This document shows, piece after piece, positions 58,569 to 64,000 of a DNA stretch of 64,000 bases. The stretch is from Planktothrix sp. GU0601_MAG3. Its GTDB lineage: Bacteria > Cyanobacteriota > Cyanobacteriia > Cyanobacteriales > Microcoleaceae. The position numbers and the translations under genes were made by a program. Position 1 is the first letter of the stretch; each line of letters opens with the position of its first letter. Under the pieces are notes generated by a model. The model ran no database searches, was not told the DNA's origin, and worked only from the letters and a program-made list of their open reading frames with translations. The DNA lies in NCBI GenBank assembly GCA_035193785.1, contig CP136572.1:2580578-2644577 (forward strand), written 5' to 3'.

Positions 58569-60405
58569 CTATTGAATTAGACGCCGGATTTTGCCGTAGG
58601 CGGCGTAGGATTTGCCGTCGGAAGACTCCCGGACTTCATCCACCACATAGAGAACCCCTTCCGCCCGAATATCACGGGGAAACCGAATATTATAGTTAGG
58701 ATTATAACCATCGGAAACCACTCGCGCCCGGAGTTTGCTCCCTTCCTTAACGCATTGAATAATTACCCCATTACCGACGGTATCAGTTGTTTCTAGGTCA
58801 GCAAAGGATTTGGGTGCTTTAATTGCCTGTAAATTCCTTGATTGTTGCGGGGTTGGGGCTCCCGCTTGGCGTTCTTCTCCCGGTTTGACTAGGCGTTTAA
58901 TTGTGCCGGAAGCTCGGTAAAAATCCCCATTCGCCGAAAGTTTAATTTCTTCGACAATATAAGTCATTCCTGCTTCCCGAATATGGCGGGGAAACTGTAC
59001 ATTTAATTCGGGATTATACCCTTCGGAAATCACCCGAACTCGCAATTTTCCCCCCTCTCGAAGACATTCCACTAATACCCCCTGTTCAAAGGTAGAAACC
59101 GCCTCTAAACTGTTAGCATCTCCGGCGTTAATTCCTCTTAAATTTAAGTCTTCTCGGTTACGGGTGCGGGTTTGATAGGATTGATCCCGCATTTCCTTCC
59201 GGCTGACGGAATCAAAATTTTTGCTTTCAATTCGTTGGGCATAATATTCTAATTGTTCAATTTCTTCGGCAATTTCAAAGATTTCATCTAATAATTTTTG
59301 CTGGATATCCTGAATCGCTGATCGTAGGATTTCCGATGCTTTTTTATACTCTCCTTGATCCGCTAGGCCAATGGCTTTTTCCTTAACCTGAGCAATTCGC
59401 AATTTACTGGTTTGTTCAAAAACCGATTGATTGGGCGGAATTTGCTGGGCTTCTGCCTCTGAACCAATATTAATTGTAACCTGTAATTCCCCTAAAATTT
59501 GCTCAATACTGTCGTTGACAATAGTTTGATATTTATAATTGATGTGGAGCAAGGGAATTTGACCTAACTGGTTTTGGGGAGGAATAATCAGTTGCAGTGC
59601 TAACTGTTTGGCTTCCACTGCATAGACATCTCCAACAAAAACTTCTAAACCATTATCAATAGAATTAGTCCGATAATTATTTAATATTTCTCGAAGTTCA
59701 ATCGACCCTGACGGCTGTAATTTTACCGTTAAATTTTGTGCAACTACTGAGGTTAAACTTTCTAATTCAATCCGAAATACGTCCGCCGCATCATCTGGGG
59801 ATTGAATAAAATAAAAGCGCCCCCCCGCCGCCTCGGCCATGGCAATTAATAAGTCTTCATTAAAATAGGTTCCAAATCCTAATGTTGTGGTAATAATTCC
59901 CTGTTCGGCTTGTTTTTGAGCCGTTTTAGTCAGAATTTGAGAATCGGTAATTCCCAGATTAGCTTGTCCATCTGTTAATAATAAAACCCGGTTTAAATAT
60001 TCCGTATTCAGATGGGATTTAACTTGCTCACAGCCCAATAACCAACCCCCGCTTAAATTCGTACAACCTCCGGCTTTAATTCGATTCAATTGGGAACAAA
60101 TATTTGCTTTATCTGTCACCAGTTGGGGGGCTAAAATTACATCGGCTTGATCATCATAAATAACAATAGAAATAATATCCTGAGCCGTTAAAGATTCTAC
60201 TAATTTTTGCGCCGCTTTAATTGCATATTGCAGGGGTTGACCCGCCATGGAAACCGGATCGATCAATTACTAAACTTAAATTTAATGGCTGTCGAGATCC
60301 AGAATTTTCAGTTTTTTCTCCATTGAAGTTGAGAATTAAATCAACGGCAGTTCCCGTATTGGCGGCAATTAATGAATGGGACAGAGAATAGTTAACCTGA
60401 ATCAT
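58569..60405 (-). CDS. VWA-domain protein with a duplicated C-terminal domain (apparent frameshift at ~60251)
   Basis: Restored MIDAS motif LNLSLVIDRSGSM, plus GGCTNL and LLLTDGQAN. Confidence 0.85.
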
Positions 60406-60509
60406 ATAGCAAGAGGGAATAGGGAATAGGCAATGGGCAATAGGTAAATACTTACTATGAGCAGCTTTTAGCTTTCAAGAATGTCCTAATAGATGTGGCA
60501 ACTGCCATA
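60405..60509. mobile_element. TA-flanked MITE family B (inverted copy)
   Basis: The reverse complement matches 47405-47509 with few substitutions. Confidence 0.8.
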
Positions 60510-60765
60510 ACTCAAAATCCCCAGGATGAGTGAAAATATAAGGATTAATCGATCACTATAATGGCAATTGCAAGTATTTTCGCTCAAGGATTGTAACAAA
60601 ACTTTATATTCTGGGTTCGGGTTCTCATTCTCCTGATCCTCCTAATCTGATAGAATGGGGTTAACAGAACTGGCAAAACAGCCTCAGTCCCCTCTTGATT
60701 ACCAGAACCGTTGGAATCAAAACAAAAAGATGAGAGATGTTTAAAAAACTTTAGGAGGAGAATCT

Positions 60766-60888
60766 ATGGATTTCGATTTTCGCATTTTGATTGTTTTATT
60801 ACCCCTAGTCGCAGCATTAGGTTGGGTTTTTGTTAATATTGGTGCTGTCGTCATCGGACAAGTTCAACGCTTTTTAAGTAAAAGTTAA
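60766..60888 (+). CDS. psbY: Photosystem II protein Y (absent from the ORF track)
   Basis: AGGAGGAG RBS, then MDFDFRILIVLLPLVAALGWVFVNIGAVVIGQVQRFLSKS. Confidence 0.85.
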   Translation: MDFDFRILIVLLPLVAALGWVFVNIGAVVIGQVQRFLSKS

Positions 60889-60913
60889 ACATAACTTCTA
60901 GGCGATATTTATT

Positions 60914-60945
60914 CCTATCCTGTTATGATACGGGGTAGGTTTTTT
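60914..60945 (+). terminator. Intrinsic terminator after psbY
   Basis: cctatcctgt-tatgat-acggggtagg followed by T6. Confidence 0.65.
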
Positions 60946-60979
60946 AATTTAATATTTAATTTGGGGAATCATTTTTAAT

Positions 60980-61231
60980 ATGTCAATTACAGTGAAGGTA
61001 AAACTATTTGCTGTCTTTCAAGAAGCCTATAAAATTTCGGAGTTGGTATTAAGTTTTCCGCCAAAAACTCCGGTTTCTGCGATTTTAGATAGGTTGATTC
61101 AAGACCACCCAGAACTAGAACCATGGCGCACCGTCACCCAATTTGGAATTAACCTAGAATTTGTTAATCCTGATACTGAAATCCAGGATCAAGATGAAAT
61201 TGTTTTAATCCCCCCGGTTAGTGGTGGTTAA
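60980..61231 (+). CDS. moaD: Molybdopterin synthase sulfur carrier (MoaD/ThiS family)
   Basis: VKVKLFA...DEIVLIPPVSGG with C-terminal GG. Confidence 0.9.
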   Translation: MSITVKVKLFAVFQEAYKISELVLSFPPKTPVSAILDRLIQDHPELEPWRTVTQFGINLEFVNPDTEIQDQDEIVLIPPVSGG

Positions 61232-61258
61232 TTCCCTGAACTATTAAACAAGGAATTG

Positions 61259-61991
61259 TTAAACTCCGAAATATTTGGCTAAATCCTCAGAAACCACCAA
61301 TTAATTTTCCATCAATGAAAACTTGGGGAACAGTTGTTCCTCCGGTGACTGCTTGTAAACTTTTGGTTGTAATTTCTTTCCCTAAAACAATTTCTTCAAA
61401 AGCAGTTCCTCGGTCTTTTAATAGGGTTTTAGCACGGGCACAGTGGGGACAACCTACTTTTGTAAATAGTGAGACTAAGGGGGGTTTAACTGCGTTTGGG
61501 TTAATATATTTGAGCATAGTTTCTGCATCGGAAACTTCAAAGGGATCGCCAGCGACTTCCGGTTCAATAAACATTTTTTTGATGATCCCATCTTGGACTA
61601 ACATGGAATAACGCCAAGAACGTTTCCCAAATCCTAAATCGGTTTTATCAACTAACATTCCCATCTTTTCTGTAAACTCTCCATTCCCATCGGGAATTAA
61701 GGTAAGATTATCTGCTTCTTGATCTTTTGCCCATTCATTCATCACAAAAGCATCATTCACAGAAATACAAATAATATCATCAACTCCATTTTCCTTAAAT
61801 ATGGGTGCTAAATCGTTATAACCCGGAACATGACTACTCGAACAGGTGGGGGTAAATGCACCGGGTAACTCAAAAACAATGACGGTTTTCTGTGAGAATA
61901 ATTCGTCGGTTATGACATGAACCCATTCATTATTTTTCCGCGTTCTAAATGTTACATTAGGAACCCGTTGACCTGCATGATTTTCTAACAT
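61259..61991 (-). CDS. Peroxiredoxin-glutaredoxin hybrid (apparent frameshift at ~61291)
   Basis: [11 protein letters not shown]rx5 motif plus CPHC and TVPQVFIDG Grx motifs; the restored end is [13 protein letters not shown]. Confidence 0.92.
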
Positions 61992-62324
61992 TGGTTTCGC
62001 GTTTATCGTTGTTACTAATTAAGTATAATAACACTTTTCAGGTTTTATTTCAAAATATTAACATCCGTAACTGAATATGACGGCAAATGGTAGGTTTGTT
62101 AAGTTTGATAACAAATTTAAAACCTATGTTATCATAATAGGCAGCAATCTAAGCATCAGACCGAATCACCCACCCCAAGAACAAGTGAATTTCTGTCCCA
62201 TCATATCACTGTGCAGGTTGTCAGAATTTGTGGGTTAAAGCAGTCCTGAGAACCTGTGAGCATTGATGTGATTTGCTTTTGCTTTGCTCCATTAACAGCC
62301 AATCCATCTATTATAAAACCAGAT

Positions 62325-63086
62325 ATGAGCGTACAATCACAATTTGATGAAAAATGCAACGGTGAAAAAATTCTAGTTGCTGATGATGAATCCGCAATTC
62401 GGCGGATTTTGAAGACTCGTCTTTCCATGGCAGGTTACAATGTTGTCGTCGCCGCCGATGGTTTGGAGGCACTAGAAATGTTTGAAAAAGAAAGTCCTGA
62501 CCTTTTGGTTTTGGATGTGATGATGCCGAAACTGAATGGTTATGGCGTGTGTCAAGAACTTCGCACAAAATCCGATATTCCGATTATTATGTTAACCGCC
62601 TTAGGGGACGTGGCGGATCGAATTACGGGTTTAGAATTGGGGGCGGATGATTATTTAACTAAACCGTTTTCTCCTAAAGAATTAGAAGCTCGAATTCATG
62701 CGATTTTAAGACGGTTTAAAGATACGACTTTATCCCAGAGTTTGAGTCCAGAGATGATTCAACTCGAAGCCGTGCGAATTGATACGGTTAAACGACGGGT
62801 TTATAAGGGTGATAAAGTGGTTCCCTTAACTTATATTGAATTCAATCTTTTGGAGTTATTAGTTAAACGTTCTGGAAGTGCGGTTTCTCGTTCAGAAATT
62901 CTGAAGGAATTATGGGGATATACGCCTCGACGGATTGCGGATATGCGGGTTGTGGATGTTCATGTTGCGCGGTTACGAGCAAAAATTGAGGAAGATCAAC
63001 GCAATCCTGAATATATTTTAACGGTGCGAGGTGTGGGTTATTCCGCCCAACGTTTACCCGGTGTGGAAGAAGCAATTGGCGCTTAA
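62325..63086 (+). CDS. OmpR-family response regulator, RpaB-like paralog
   Basis: KILVADDESAIRRILKTRLS, DVMMPK, LTALGDVADRITGLELGADDY and RVVDVHVARLRAKIE. Confidence 0.85.
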   Translation: MSVQSQFDEKCNGEKILVADDESAIRRILKTRLSMAGYNVVVAADGLEALEMFEKESPDLLVLDVMMPKLNGYGVCQELRTKSDIPIIMLTALGDVADRITGLELGADDYLTKPFSPKELEARIHAILRRFKDTTLSQSLSPEMIQLEAVRIDTVKRRVYKGDKVVPLTYIEFNLLELLVKRSGSAVSRSEILKELWGYTPRRIADMRVVDVHVARLRAKIEEDQRNPEYILTVRGVGYSAQRLPGVEEAIGA

Positions 63087-63430
63087 TTTTTTTCAAATAA
63101 AAATTTTTCAAAATTTCAAAACAACTTTGGTTTTTCTTTGACTTTTAAATCTTGGCTACTCCCCTAAAAAACAGAAATTATCACTTTTATAGATGAATAT
63201 AATTTAGGGGTTGATGTCAAAAACATTAGAGGAGAAGCGTTCAGGCAAAAATTAGTAGTCTGAATGTTTCTCCTCTGTTGTTTTAAGAAGGATTTATTCC
63301 CTGTTCCCTACTTTATAACTCGTATTCCGCAGATGCTGATTGAGTCCTATTTATTTTACTGTTTACTCTTTCCTGGGTTGAACATTTTCCCTATTCCTGG
63401 CTTTCGACGAAAGTTCAGTTCTATCAATTA

Positions 63431-63522
63431 CAGGACTTACGCAAATTTGGGGATGTAACCCTAGATGTAGGGGTAATTCATGAATTACCCCTACTATTGA
63501 TAGCGGTGATATGTAAGTCCTG
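63431..63522. mobile_element. MITE family A, cargo type 3
   Basis: Ends caggacttacgca...tatgtaagtcctg; duplication AATTA; internal GTAGGGGTAATTCATGAATTACCCCTAC. Confidence 0.85.
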
Positions 63523-63534
63523 AATTAATCCAAT

Positions 63535-64000
63535 TTATGGATTCTCTCCCCGTAGGACTGCTAATTCTGCCGCAAACTTTTCTTCTAAGCGTTGTAGGAC
63601 AGCTAAATCTTCACTGTTCACTTGGTCTTTCGGCAAGGTGGCTATCAGTTCCTTAATCCGCTCTGAACAATCGTTTAAACCCGCAGCAAATTCATAACGG
63701 GTCAGGGGACGGTTGCCTCTGAAGATTCCATTGGGATCATTACTTAGGATACAACCGTATCGCTCAATAAGGGACTTTAAGGCTTTAAATTCCCAGTCAG
63801 GTGGTTGAAACGCCATCGAATTGAGCCTGAGATACTTGAACGTCAGATGGGAGATCAGAAGCTTGAGCAGTTTGTAGTGACACTGAAGTGACTGAAGTGG
63901 TCTCGGTCACATTTGCCAACTTCTTCGATGGAGCCTTAGTTGCTAAAGCTGCATTGGTTAAGAGAAGCACCGCTCCCAGAACGCCCAGACTATGCTTTAG
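63535..64000 (-). CDS. Porin-type signal peptide plus SLH domain without a beta-barrel (5' end outside window; apparent frameshift at ~63808)
   Basis: LGVLGAVLLLTNAALA...FDGVQPPDWEFKALKSLIERYGC...LTRYEFAAGL...FAAELAVLRGENP then stop. Confidence 0.7.

Noticed and set aside
60588..60612. NtcA or HLR1 site upstream of psbY (ttgtaacaaaactttata)
   Set aside because: Only one half-site matches; GTA-N8-TAC is not satisfied and the second HLR1 repeat is poor.

Overview
A 64-kb chromosomal window from a filamentous cyanobacterium. The basis is frequent HIP1 GCGATCGC, heptamer STRR repeats, psb28, psbY, chlG and hps genes; an Oscillatoriales/Planktothrix-like source is my inference. It is mostly housekeeping and envelope genes: Ktr K+ uptake, tocopherol methyltransferase, tRNA-Arg(UCU), hpsL/N/O, glmM, moaA, rpsD, coaE, prfB, chlG, a class A PBP, thioredoxin, fabG, pdxA, an SLH porin, moaD, a Prx-Grx hybrid and an RpaB-like regulator. 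Accessory blocks are a membrane glycosylation trio, an FHA-CHAT gene, a TPR-CHAT protease with a partner gene and repeat array, a YefM-YoeB pair, a Cph1-type phytochrome-GGDEF-EAL gene, a VWA protein and several MITE families. The most striking signal is that 23 apparent frameshifts in 21 genes, several of them essential, all repair by shortening GAAAC/GTTTC (once GAAAAC) to GAAC/GTTC. That is the known Dnd phosphorothioation motif, so these look like modification-induced sequencing errors rather than pseudogenes. The second candidate system is a TPR-CHAT protease with shuffled 47-aa repeats next to an HTH/DUF4384-like gene that shares a putative cleavage motif with it.
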